DNA of 57,713 nt from positions 1 to 57,713 of IMG/VR virus record IMGVR_UViG_3300023184_003134. One strand, 5' to 3'. The stretch's first letter is position 1, and each line of letters starts with the position of its first letter. The DNA comes from a virus. Taxonomy: Duplodnaviria; Caudoviricetes. A program made the position numbers and the translations under genes. The notes under the pieces were generated by a model that was not told where the DNA came from, ran no database searches, and saw only the letters and a list, made by a program, of their open reading frames with translations. Shown here in pieces: positions 1 to 9,272 of this stretch.

Positions 1-619
1 TATATAAATCTTGATACAACTCCGGCCACCATTTCCAAAATGCTTCTACATATGGATTATATTCACTTTGAGGAATTGGTATTCTACCACTACTTACAAA
101 ATGTTCTAATCCATTAAAATTATCGGAAGTTGGATATCCCCCATGTTGTTCAATTTCTTCCATCCATTTTGTTGAGAATGGTGGTGCACAATACGAACAT
201 TTAAAATTACACGCATTACTGAATGAAACCTCTACATACGAAGGATTAATGTTATCTCTCCAATTACTTTCTTTAATTTTTTCTAAATGTGGAAATGCCC
301 ATGGTTCAGATGATTTAAATGTTCTATCACTAAATTGATTTGAACTATCCTCTACACCCCAACAATAATCACATTCTGCTGGCTTCCCACCTTCTAGCAT
401 TTCTCTTCTTTTTTGTTTTTTGAAACGTGTATTATGAAGTGCGGAAGGGTCTCTATTTAATTCAGTTGTTGATATTTGATGTGTCATTGGATGGTGACAA
501 CTATGATTATGTCCAATATGTAAATGCATCGTTACTTGCATCCATTTTGCTAAACAAAATCCTACTCCCACTGCATTTAATTGTTCTCTTACATTTTCAA
601 ATTTTTCGTAACTAGCCAT
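1..619 (-). CDS. Radical SAM protein with N-terminal twitch/SPASM-like region (truncated by window edge)
   Basis: Not in the ORF track; translated by hand from ATG at 619 (TAATG overlap with the upstream stop): MASYEKFENVREQLNAVGVGFCLAKW...HSCHH...ECDYCW...NACNFKCSYC (CxxxCxxC). Confidence 0.9.
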   Translation of the reverse strand, partial: MASYEKFENVREQLNAVGVGFCLAKWMQVTMHLHIGHNHSCHHPMTHQISTTELNRDPSALHNTRFKKQKRREMLEGGKPAECDYCWGVEDSSNQFSDRTFKSSEPWAFPHLEKIKESNWRDNINPSYVEVSFSNACNFKCSYCAPPFSTKWMEEIEQHGGYPTSDNFNGLEHFVSSGRIPIPQSEYNPYVEAFWKWWPELYQDLY

Positions 620-2061
620 TATGCTTTACAATTTATTATTACAGAATTATTACCTATTTCATCTATTGATATGAGTTCGTATTCTAAACTATTCATACCA
701 TCGTTTTTCCAATTATATTTACCTTGCTGCATTTCTAATATATATCTTCTTTCGTTTCTTGCAGTAGTTTCACCCTTTGCCCATTTATCTACTCCGGCAA
801 TTGTTATTAGGCCTTCGGTTTGGTGTGGTAAACATTCAAACTTACCGTCTCTACGAAATGGTAAGATAGTATTATGAACTTTTAAAATATCTTCTTCTTT
901 TATTTCAACATCATTTATTTCACCATGGTTTCCATTATCACTTAAATCATTTAATACGTTTCCATTTATTGAATTAAAATCATAATGTGCAACCATATCA
1001 TCCGGAAATTCCATTATTTCATTTTCCGATAAACATCTGTCCCACATCATAACTTTTGCAATATCACCTTTAAACCATCTATTAACTTCATCTACTCCTA
1101 CCGATGGTGTTGTTCCAATATAATATGGTTCTGTTCCATATCTTTTTAAATAACCACTATATTCTAATGGTGATGTTGCACCTGTTCCAAATCTTGCATC
1201 ACTTTTTCTGCCATTGATGTGAAGTGAAATTAATTTATTATCATCATCAACTGTCAACGTTACCCAACTCCATTGTTGTTCGTATCTCTTTGCCCATAAG
1301 TATAAAAACTCTCTTTCATTATTCCATAACATAGAAGTAAATGCTCTACTATTGTTGTACGATATACCCCAATCATGTCCTGGTCTACGAAGAATTGGAT
1401 ATTCACAAAATCTTCTATCCTCATCACCAATTAAATAAATAGGAACTTTCTCCTCTTGTTGATGTGCTCTTACTAATATTGAAACCGTATGTGAACGCGA
1501 ACATAAATTTCTAATTGAACGAGATGGTTCTATTTTAACATATGATTTTAATCCATCAAAATATCCATACTTTTGGTTTACTATATCTGGTAAATAATGT
1601 TGTTCTGCATTACCTGTTAATACACATCTCCAAAATAGGTCATCATCTTCCATACCCCAATCCCAATAATCATTTGAGTAACCATTTGTAGCTTCTACTT
1701 GTTCTTTTGTGAATAGTACTGCACCACCAAAATACTCCTCATATTTGAGGTTATAATCTGTTTGAGATATTCTTACAGCTAAGTGCTTAGGGTTCTCAGG
1801 ATTGAAGCTATAATCACAAGAACTATCTTCTGGTACCATATCTATATCGTGCCATACAATATAATCACACCCGTCATCAAATGCGTGCTTAGCGGCGATG
1901 TTTTTCATCTTACCTCTATTAAATAACTTATCATCACATTGGTGAGCAAAATATATTTTATGTTCAATACCTTGTTCAGTTAAAAACTTATGAACTCTTG
2001 GTGCAAATTCTGCTAAATGTGCTTCTCTATTTCTATATGGTACACAAACTCCTAACTTCAT
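619..2061 (-). CDS. GT7 (beta-1,4-galactosyltransferase-like) glycosyltransferase with inserted LamG-like domain
   Basis: VPYRNR, FNRG, HDID, YFGG, NGYSNDYWDWGMEDDD and C-terminal PH...DGMNSLEY; the insert has LamG hallmarks (WVTLT..D, LHING, YIG, FKGDI, WDRCLS..EI). Confidence 0.85.
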   Translation of the reverse strand: MKLGVCVPYRNREAHLAEFAPRVHKFLTEQGIEHKIYFAHQCDDKLFNRGKMKNIAAKHAFDDGCDYIVWHDIDMVPEDSSCDYSFNPENPKHLAVRISQTDYNLKYEEYFGGAVLFTKEQVEATNGYSNDYWDWGMEDDDLFWRCVLTGNAEQHYLPDIVNQKYGYFDGLKSYVKIEPSRSIRNLCSRSHTVSILVRAHQQEEKVPIYLIGDEDRRFCEYPILRRPGHDWGISYNNSRAFTSMLWNNEREFLYLWAKRYEQQWSWVTLTVDDDNKLISLHINGRKSDARFGTGATSPLEYSGYLKRYGTEPYYIGTTPSVGVDEVNRWFKGDIAKVMMWDRCLSENEIMEFPDDMVAHYDFNSINGNVLNDLSDNGNHGEINDVEIKEEDILKVHNTILPFRRDGKFECLPHQTEGLITIAGVDKWAKGETTARNERRYILEMQQGKYNWKNDGMNSLEYELISIDEIGNNSVIINCKA

Positions 2062-3470
2062 AGTTTAACTGAAATTTTAATTGCCTTATCTGAAAGTTTA
2101 TTACTTTCTATTTCTTTGTAAATACAGGTGTTTAATCCATCTATTGATAAATCTACTATATTACCTTTCATTTCGTTATAAAATCTTTCTTGATTTTTTC
2201 TTGTTTCTGAATGTATCCAATTATTACCAATTGTTGAATTAGAACTATGCTTTAATGTTTTAAATTTTCCTTCTCGTCTGATTGGAACTATAATTTCTGT
2301 TTCAAATTTATCTACTAATATGTTATCTTCACAATTGTAAATAAATCCATTATTTTTATTACCACTTAAATCTTGTATAATATCACCTTTAAAATTTTTA
2401 AAATCATAATAACATTTTAAGTATTTTGATTTATCATATTTTCTATAATCATTAATTATAGATTTGTATAATGAATTTTCATATACTTCTTTTATGTTAT
2501 CGAATTCTAATGCAATATTCCAAATAGCAAACTCAGCAATTAATCCTTTAAAATAAAATTGTTTAATATCTAATGTTGGATTACCTACTCCAATATAAAA
2601 ATAATCATTATCATATTCATATATTTGGTCTTTTAGTTCTTTGGTATCAATTAATTCACCATTCATATAAAAAGAAAATGTATCATCTTCTTTTGTAATT
2701 ACTAAATGTGACCACACTTCACCAATGATATCACTTTGAATAGATGTTGAAATATCATCTTTAGTCCAAATCTCACCTTTGTATCGTTTGAATGATGTGT
2801 ATGATATACCTGTGTTTCTACCTGGTATTGATGTAATCTGATATTCATCGAACTCTTCTTTTAATGAGGTCTTACTATCTTCCGGTTTTACTTTGATTGA
2901 TATTGTAAAATCACCATTAAAAATAGATGATAAATTTTTGTAAGGAATTTTAATATAAGATTGTTTACCATCAAATTTAAAATAATTTATTAAATAGTTT
3001 TTATCAGGTATACCAACTGATATTTTATCTAATGGTATATTTCTCTGAATACATCTATATAATAAATCGTCATCTTCAAATCCCCAACCCCAATACTCAT
3101 TCGAATAGCCATTTACTAATTTATAATCATGTACATTAAATAAAGTAACTCCACCAAAATAATCGATGAATGGTATATCTTTATTAATTTTAGATACTAA
3201 ATGAATTGGTGTATCAGGATAAGAATAATCTACTCCCTTTAAAGGTAACATATCTACATCATGTAATGCAAAATAATCAAAACCTTCTTTAATTGCAATC
3301 CTAGCTCCTACATTTAAAAGTTTACCTCTATTAAAAGGCTTATCATCACTCTGTTCTATGACAAAGATTTTGTAATCGTAATCCTTTAAATACTCTTGCA
3401 TATAAGGAACGAATACTTCTAAATGAGATGTTCTATCTCTATATGGAACTATTATTGCTAATTTTTTCAT
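2058..3470 (-). CDS. GT7 glycosyltransferase with inserted LamG-like domain (paralog 2)
   Basis: VPYRDR, FNRGKLLN, HDVD, WGWGFEDDD, DGLN; insert with WSHLVIT, FYMNG, YIG, FKGLI. Confidence 0.85.
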   Translation of the reverse strand: MKKLAIIVPYRDRTSHLEVFVPYMQEYLKDYDYKIFVIEQSDDKPFNRGKLLNVGARIAIKEGFDYFALHDVDMLPLKGVDYSYPDTPIHLVSKINKDIPFIDYFGGVTLFNVHDYKLVNGYSNEYWGWGFEDDDLLYRCIQRNIPLDKISVGIPDKNYLINYFKFDGKQSYIKIPYKNLSSIFNGDFTISIKVKPEDSKTSLKEEFDEYQITSIPGRNTGISYTSFKRYKGEIWTKDDISTSIQSDIIGEVWSHLVITKEDDTFSFYMNGELIDTKELKDQIYEYDNDYFYIGVGNPTLDIKQFYFKGLIAEFAIWNIALEFDNIKEVYENSLYKSIINDYRKYDKSKYLKCYYDFKNFKGDIIQDLSGNKNNGFIYNCEDNILVDKFETEIIVPIRREGKFKTLKHSSNSTIGNNWIHSETRKNQERFYNEMKGNIVDLSIDGLNTCIYKEIESNKLSDKAIKISVKL

Positions 3471-3691
3471 TAAGCTTCTCTTTCGGACTCTTTATCTGGT
3501 CTTGTTGATGTTCCAACTGCTTTGGTTTTAGCAATATTGTAAAACTCATTTAAATACCATTCTAATCTTGTAGACCATCCTTTGGTATCTAAATCGTATA
3601 ACCAATCACTAATGTCTTGTGCTGAGTGTGCGATACTTTCTAATGCTTTTACACCTCTTTCTTCGGTTGTTAGTTCTTTTTTTTCTGCCAT
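3470..3691 (-). CDS. Hypothetical protein
   Basis: 73-aa ATG ORF translationally coupled to its neighbour. Confidence 0.7.
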   Translation of the reverse strand: MAEKKELTTEERGVKALESIAHSAQDISDWLYDLDTKGWSTRLEWYLNEFYNIAKTKAVGTSTRPDKESEREA

Positions 3692-3703
3692 TTTATTTTG
3701 TTT

Positions 3704-4099
3704 TTATTTTAAGAATTTTTTTACTGTTTCAAATGCAATTGCTTCGTGTCCTTCTTTCCACACTTTCCATTCTGGAGTTGTTATATGTGTTTCTATTTCT
3801 AATAATCTTGCATCAACTTCACCTAGTCTTGTATATAATTGTTCTAATCCTTTACCAACATTTTCTCTTTCTTGTTGTAAAGAAACTTTTTCATCTTTTG
3901 TATCTAAAAAATTTATTGCGTAATCAAATGTATTAGAACCATTAAAATGATACATTTTTAATAATGCTTCTATATTAATAATAAGTTTAGGTAAGAAAAA
4001 AGAAAAATCTCCTTTACTTTCTTTCATTACTTCTAATTCTTCAGCAATTGCTTCTAATTGTTTTACAACTAATTCGTTGTTTAATAATTGTTTTATCAT
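3704..4099 (-). CDS. Hypothetical helical protein
   Basis: 131-aa ORF with 4-bp overlap to the upstream gene. Confidence 0.7.
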   Translation of the reverse strand: MIKQLLNNELVVKQLEAIAEELEVMKESKGDFSFFLPKLIINIEALLKMYHFNGSNTFDYAINFLDTKDEKVSLQQERENVGKGLEQLYTRLGEVDARLLEIETHITTPEWKVWKEGHEAIAFETVKKFLK

Positions 4100-5577
4100 A
4101 AAATTATTTTATACCATTCTGTATTTTTATCAAAGGTTTCTTGTTTAATTAATTTAAATTTTAAATTATTTAATCCTATTTTAGTAGTAGAAAATTTTTC
4201 AGTTAATATATCATTAAAAAATATTAACCCATTCTCAATAATATCAGGATCAAATGATTTAAATCTATTAACAATATCCGTATCATTATCGTGCGGTAGT
4301 GATTGAAAATTTGCTTCAATTCTCTTTGGTAGTTTTATTTTAGATGTTTTTATTATTTCATCCTTTAAAAGATATTCTGAATAATTACTACCATGTGTAT
4401 TATACAATGTGGCGTGGTTGTGATGTTTACTACCATCCATTACAAAGTTTTTATAAAAATTATTAAATTGATATTTTAATGTTGGTTCAAATTGTGTTTG
4501 TAATTTCCTATTATTAATCAATCCATTTAAATACAAATTTTTGATTTCCGAATCACTTAATGTATAATCAAATATATAAAGATTAGCTAGTTTACCTCTA
4601 AACATATTTTTACCATGTGAACCACATCCAATATAAATTTTATCTTTGGTATAATCCCACAATGGTAATTCAAATTGTGTTAGTGTATCTATTTTTTTAT
4701 TTTCTTCAAATGTATCTACAAATAATCTTAATTTATTTGAATCAAAATCAACATTACATATAATATGATGCCATTGATTTGGTTTTAATTTTCTATAATT
4801 AAAATAATATTTATTATCCTTTCCCCAAAAATTAAATCTTAATGTGTTATCCGGTTGAATTGAAATACCACTATTGAATCCAGGAAATGAAATTACATAT
4901 TGCTCCTCTTTAACAAAATCATCAAAGTTAATCCAAGCCGATATTGTAAATGAATCTGTTGTAATTCCTTTTAAGAATTTATTTGGTAATATTTCCATTT
5001 GAGTTTCACCATCAAATTTTAAATACGATACTTTTTCTTTTTTGATTGAATCGGTAATTCTTAATCTATCTATTTCGTATTCGGTATCTACTCTTGGGTA
5101 AATATATTCTGAATCTAATTTAACACCGGCTTTCTCCATTCTAAATAATAAATCTAAATCTGCATATCCCCATCCATAATATTCATTAGAATAACCATTA
5201 ACTTTTTCAAAATCTTCTTTTGAAATTATTAATACTCCACCTAAATATTGTAAATAAGGTAAAGTATTTTCATGCACTTGTACTCGAGTTGCTAAATGGG
5301 TAGGATGTTCTTTGTAAGAATAATCTGCTTTATCTGATGCTGGTAACATATCTACATCGTGGAAACAAAAATAATCATATTCATCTTTTAGTAAGTGAAA
5401 TGCAGAATTACATAACTTACCATAATTAAACGGTTTATTATCGGATTGTTCAATTACAAATATTTTATAATCAATATCTTTACCTTTTAAAAACGATTGT
5501 ATGTGTGGCAAGAAAATATCGAGATGTTCTCTCCTATCTCTATATGGAACTACAATAGCTAATTTATGATTACTCAT
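4096..5577 (-). CDS. GT7 glycosyltransferase with inserted LamG-like domain (paralog 3, variant active-site loop)
   Basis: VPYRDR, FNYG, HDVD, YGWGYADLD, IGLNN; insert with FTISAWI, QWHHI, FRGKL. Start moved to ATG 5577 (MSNHKL) by comparison with paralogs. Confidence 0.85.
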   Translation of the reverse strand: MSNHKLAIVVPYRDRREHLDIFLPHIQSFLKGKDIDYKIFVIEQSDNKPFNYGKLCNSAFHLLKDEYDYFCFHDVDMLPASDKADYSYKEHPTHLATRVQVHENTLPYLQYLGGVLIISKEDFEKVNGYSNEYYGWGYADLDLLFRMEKAGVKLDSEYIYPRVDTEYEIDRLRITDSIKKEKVSYLKFDGETQMEILPNKFLKGITTDSFTISAWINFDDFVKEEQYVISFPGFNSGISIQPDNTLRFNFWGKDNKYYFNYRKLKPNQWHHIICNVDFDSNKLRLFVDTFEENKKIDTLTQFELPLWDYTKDKIYIGCGSHGKNMFRGKLANLYIFDYTLSDSEIKNLYLNGLINNRKLQTQFEPTLKYQFNNFYKNFVMDGSKHHNHATLYNTHGSNYSEYLLKDEIIKTSKIKLPKRIEANFQSLPHDNDTDIVNRFKSFDPDIIENGLIFFNDILTEKFSTTKIGLNNLKFKLIKQETFDKNTEWYKIIL

Positions 5578-5580
5578 ATC

Positions 5581-5612
5581 TAAATGTAACAAATTTTATT
5601 TATATAACCAAA
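5581..5612 (-). promoter_or_regulatory. Possible Bacteroidota-type promoter (variant -7 box)
   Basis: Minus strand reads TTTG-N20-TACATTTA just before ATG 5577. Confidence 0.4.
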
Positions 5613-6452
5613 TTAAACGGACTGAATTATTTTGAAGAGTACTCGCCATAAACTATAACCTAATACACCGGCATCTTCAATCATAAATCTCTCATCATAA
5701 ATATCAATTTTAAAATTATTTAGTTTTAATGCATCATACATTATTTGATATTCTTTTGAATACGCATAATCTTGTTTGATATCTGCTACTGCTTTAATTC
5801 TATCTATACAAGTTGAATCCCATTTAAAATGATGAACCTGAACATTATATTGATTAGTTGGTGCAATCAATGGATGATTCCAGCCTTGCCATTTCCAAGT
5901 AGTTTGTCCATCTATTTTTGCATAATGTTGTCCTGGTGTAAGTTCTACCCAACCTTTCATTATACACATTTTATTTGGACATGCATTACTTAATGGATAA
6001 CGAAAACAACCTGCTAATGGAAATTGTTCAAATATGTTTACATCTTCTTTTAGTTCTACAAATTCACCATCTCTACCGATTCTGTCTACAAATCCACCTC
6101 TAACCATTGCCCACCCATTAGATTCACAATCTTCTATAATTGTATTTAAATCTTTTGAATATACATGAAACTCATCATCATCCGATACTATCCACCAATC
6201 ATCAGGATACATCATTTTTATTTCATTGTATAATTTAGTTACATATTCCCAATTAAATTTTTCTTTATAAACTCTTTTTACTATTTTTGCTGTTGGAAAT
6301 TGTGAAACAATATGATTTACTGATTCGTATAAACTTTTTCCTTCCCATTCATATACTACCACATACATTTCATCTACTAAATCTTTGTAGTGATTTAGCA
6401 TATGTTTTAATGTTGATGTTCTACTACCTGTAACTGTAACTAATCTTTTCAT
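5613..6452 (-). CDS. GT-A fold glycosyltransferase (GT2-like/GT92-like)
   Basis: HMLNHY near the N-terminus, WWIVSDDDEF (DxDE), GQH, VHHFKW. Confidence 0.7.
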   Translation of the reverse strand: MKRLVTVTGSRTSTLKHMLNHYKDLVDEMYVVVYEWEGKSLYESVNHIVSQFPTAKIVKRVYKEKFNWEYVTKLYNEIKMMYPDDWWIVSDDDEFHVYSKDLNTIIEDCESNGWAMVRGGFVDRIGRDGEFVELKEDVNIFEQFPLAGCFRYPLSNACPNKMCIMKGWVELTPGQHYAKIDGQTTWKWQGWNHPLIAPTNQYNVQVHHFKWDSTCIDRIKAVADIKQDYAYSKEYQIMYDALKLNNFKIDIYDERFMIEDAGVLGYSLWRVLFKIIQSV

Positions 6453-7207
6453 TATTTTTTTCTTACTAATGTTAATCCGGTTGATGCCGGCTTATTTTTT
6501 TGAATACCAAAATTAAACAAATCAAACACTTGCCACTTAGTAGTATCTATTTCTTTTGCTAATTGTATAGGGCCTTTCCAATCATCAAAATCACCTCTAT
6601 CTTTCACCTCATTTGTCACTATGTATTTATCTGCATAATTAGGGTCAGTATCGTGAATTGATATAATACCATTCTCACTCATTAACTGAGAATACAATTC
6701 AAAATCTTCTTTTACATTTTCATACGAATGACCCGCATCAATATGTAAGTAATCAATTTTAATATCGTTTAATACAAAATAATTATGAAATGCATTTGCA
6801 GTTGTATCGTTTATAATTCTTGGTGAAAATAATCTTCTAAAAAATGATTCTTCTTTTAACCAATTCACATTACCACCAATTCCATTTGCCGCATCTACAA
6901 TGTAAGTAGTTCCAATATCACCCCAACTTTTATCCTCATTTCCTTCAAATATATTTTGTGAATGCAAATCCATCTTAGCCTGTGTCATTATTCTTGGTAT
7001 AAATCCTCCACCACTACCTAAACAAACACATACCTTTGCTCTCATATATTGAATCAAAGAGTATATAATTAATCCATCCCCCAAATGGTCATCGGTTGCA
7101 CCATGAGACCAACGATATGGTACATTAATTAAAACCTGGTCCCCATACTCATCTATTTCTTGATTATTAGAAATAAATTCTTTTATGTAATCTTTATTTG
7201 TTATCAT
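6452..7207 (-). CDS. Class I SAM-dependent methyltransferase (Methyltransf_24-like)
   Basis: CLGSGGG motif I; IDYLHIDAGHSYENVKEDF; GIISIHD. Confidence 0.85.
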   Translation of the reverse strand: MITNKDYIKEFISNNQEIDEYGDQVLINVPYRWSHGATDDHLGDGLIIYSLIQYMRAKVCVCLGSGGGFIPRIMTQAKMDLHSQNIFEGNEDKSWGDIGTTYIVDAANGIGGNVNWLKEESFFRRLFSPRIINDTTANAFHNYFVLNDIKIDYLHIDAGHSYENVKEDFELYSQLMSENGIISIHDTDPNYADKYIVTNEVKDRGDFDDWKGPIQLAKEIDTTKWQVFDLFNFGIQKNKPASTGLTLVRKK

Positions 7208-7982
7208 TTAATAACTTATTTTTATGATATAAATGTGCATTATGTAATGTATCTTCGTTTATTTTATAAAATGTATTTGGTATTAATATTGGTTTTATTT
7301 TATCAATATACCAGTGATAATATACAATTGGATTAAAATGTAAATCGGTTTTTGAAATATAAGCAGAATATAAGTTATCTGATTCTTTGTTTAAATAATT
7401 TTCCAATACTCCATCTAATTTAAAATTATTATTAGTTAAAAAATATTCTTTTATTTTAGTTATTTCTAATTCGAAATTTATTTCCTTTAACCCATAGTGT
7501 TTGAATATATCCTGTTGAAAGAAAAAATTAAATAAAATATTTTTTTCTTTTATAAAATCTGCTAAATCATTTATATCATTCAATGTTTTTTTAATATATT
7601 CAAATTTGTTTAAAATTGGTTTATTTAAATCAAAATAATCATCTTGTAATTCTTTTGTTATCATTTTAGTTTTATCCATTGATAACACATTTCTAAAAAA
7701 ATAAGTAAATTGAATACCACAATATATTGAATTTGCATCAATTCCTTTTTGTAATAATTCTTCAATTTTATTTTTTGTTCTGTTTATTATATAATGATTT
7801 CCAGCAGATGGTCTTCCTAAATAATAAAATTTGTATTCTATATTATTTTCTTTATAGTCATCTTCTAAAAAATGAAACCAATTGCCATTATCAATATTAA
7901 TAATTTGTTCTGGTGTTTTGGTATTTTTTAATTCATTTGTATAATAACTAAATGAATCCCCTGCTACTATTATGTGTTTCAT
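7194..7982 (-). CDS. SGNH/GDSL-like protein
   Basis: VAGDSFS block I, SAGN, C-terminal DLHFN. Confidence 0.6.
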   Translation of the reverse strand: MKHIIVAGDSFSYYTNELKNTKTPEQIINIDNGNWFHFLEDDYKENNIEYKFYYLGRPSAGNHYIINRTKNKIEELLQKGIDANSIYCGIQFTYFFRNVLSMDKTKMITKELQDDYFDLNKPILNKFEYIKKTLNDINDLADFIKEKNILFNFFFQQDIFKHYGLKEINFELEITKIKEYFLTNNNFKLDGVLENYLNKESDNLYSAYISKTDLHFNPIVYYHWYIDKIKPILIPNTFYKINEDTLHNAHLYHKNKLLNDNK

Positions 7983-8992
7983 TTATTTAAAATATTTGTG
8001 ATTTCATATACCCATTCCTCTTTACTACTATATTGTTGTAATGCTTCTTTTAATTTAAAAAAGTTATATTGTCTTTCTAATTCAAAATCATTACACATTA
8101 TTTCATACATCTTATTAAATTCTTCTTTTGTATTTGCTCTATATTTGTAATCTATTTTAGGTAACCAAAACTTATTTAGAATTGGAAGTTTACCATAATC
8201 AATTGCGTTAAATATAGAATACCCAAATGGTTCATTTACATAACATCCGTGAAATATTGTAAAGTCTAAGTTAAAGAAATTTCTGTGGTTTTCCAAATTA
8301 TATGGGTAGAATCTTACTTTTTTTAAATCTAAGTTTAATCCTTCTTTTAAATTTTCATATCCCATCCAATCGGTAATAGCATATCCTTTGTGTTTATCTA
8401 AAAAATGAAAACACTTTCTTGTCTCACTTCTTGCTGCATATCCTATCTTATCCGTATTCCATCTATATTCTATATTTTGATTAAACTCATAATAATTTGG
8501 TATCTGAATTGTTTTCTTTTTAAAATCTTTTTGTACTAATCCATCGTTACAGCCAATCCAAACTATTTGTTTACATTTTTCTAATACATTCTGTTCCCAT
8601 TGTAAATCCATTGTAGTAGGTAAATAAACTCTGTCTAATCCTAAATCTATATTGGTGTTTATAATTTCTTTGATATAAGCGTGACAAAATATTGTATGGA
8701 ATTTATATTTGTATTCCCACAATTCATCTCTACGATAATAGTTGTTGTGTAAAAAATGTATTCTTCTACAATTTCTTAAAAGTGGTGGTATTAATAGTGG
8801 TGTTTCCTTTGAAAATACAAATTGACAAGGAATAGATGTTGGTTCAAATCCATTAGGTTTTCTACCATCAATTAATAATACAATTGGATATTTTAAATAT
8901 GGAACTACATTTTCTATGAAATTGTTTACCCATATATCACTACCACCCATTGGAACATTACCTGCGCCAGTTGTAACTAATAAATCAAACAT
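7979..8992 (-). CDS. GT-B fold (GT4-like) glycosyltransferase
   Basis: N-terminal GG motif, ARSETRK, EPFGYSIFNAIDYG. Confidence 0.7.
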   Translation of the reverse strand: MFDLLVTTGAGNVPMGGSDIWVNNFIENVVPYLKYPIVLLIDGRKPNGFEPTSIPCQFVFSKETPLLIPPLLRNCRRIHFLHNNYYRRDELWEYKYKFHTIFCHAYIKEIINTNIDLGLDRVYLPTTMDLQWEQNVLEKCKQIVWIGCNDGLVQKDFKKKTIQIPNYYEFNQNIEYRWNTDKIGYAARSETRKCFHFLDKHKGYAITDWMGYENLKEGLNLDLKKVRFYPYNLENHRNFFNLDFTIFHGCYVNEPFGYSIFNAIDYGKLPILNKFWLPKIDYKYRANTKEEFNKMYEIMCNDFELERQYNFFKLKEALQQYSSKEEWVYEITNILNK

Positions 8993-9003
8993 TTATTTTA
9001 TTT

Positions 9004-9267
9004 TTATATATTGGGGTCAAACGAACATACCAATTTATCATCGTATTTTAAGCATCCATATGTAGTAACTCCATTAGATAAAATAGATGGTTCTATATTA
9101 AATTTTGTTCCAATTGGTATTTGTCCATATCTAAATGATAATCCAAATGAATCAGATTTTATTATAATTTGTTCTAATCCATCCATATCTGGTGTAAAGG
9201 TATTTACATAATGAATTTCTATATCCCAATTAATACCATCTTCACCTGTGTATTGTAAACTTTTCAT
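9004..9267 (-). CDS. Hypothetical protein
   Basis: 87-aa ATG ORF filling the gap after the tail fibre. Confidence 0.6.
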   Translation of the reverse strand: MKSLQYTGEDGINWDIEIHYVNTFTPDMDGLEQIIIKSDSFGLSFRYGQIPIGTKFNIEPSILSNGVTTYGCLKYDDKLVCSFDPNI

Positions 9268-9272
9268 AACTT

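Noticed and set aside
619-5577. Eukaryotic or giant-virus origin suggested by GT7 and P4H-like genes
   Set aside because: Baseplate gp6/gp25, bacterial promoters, terminators, peptide deformylase and coupled operons indicate a bacteriophage.
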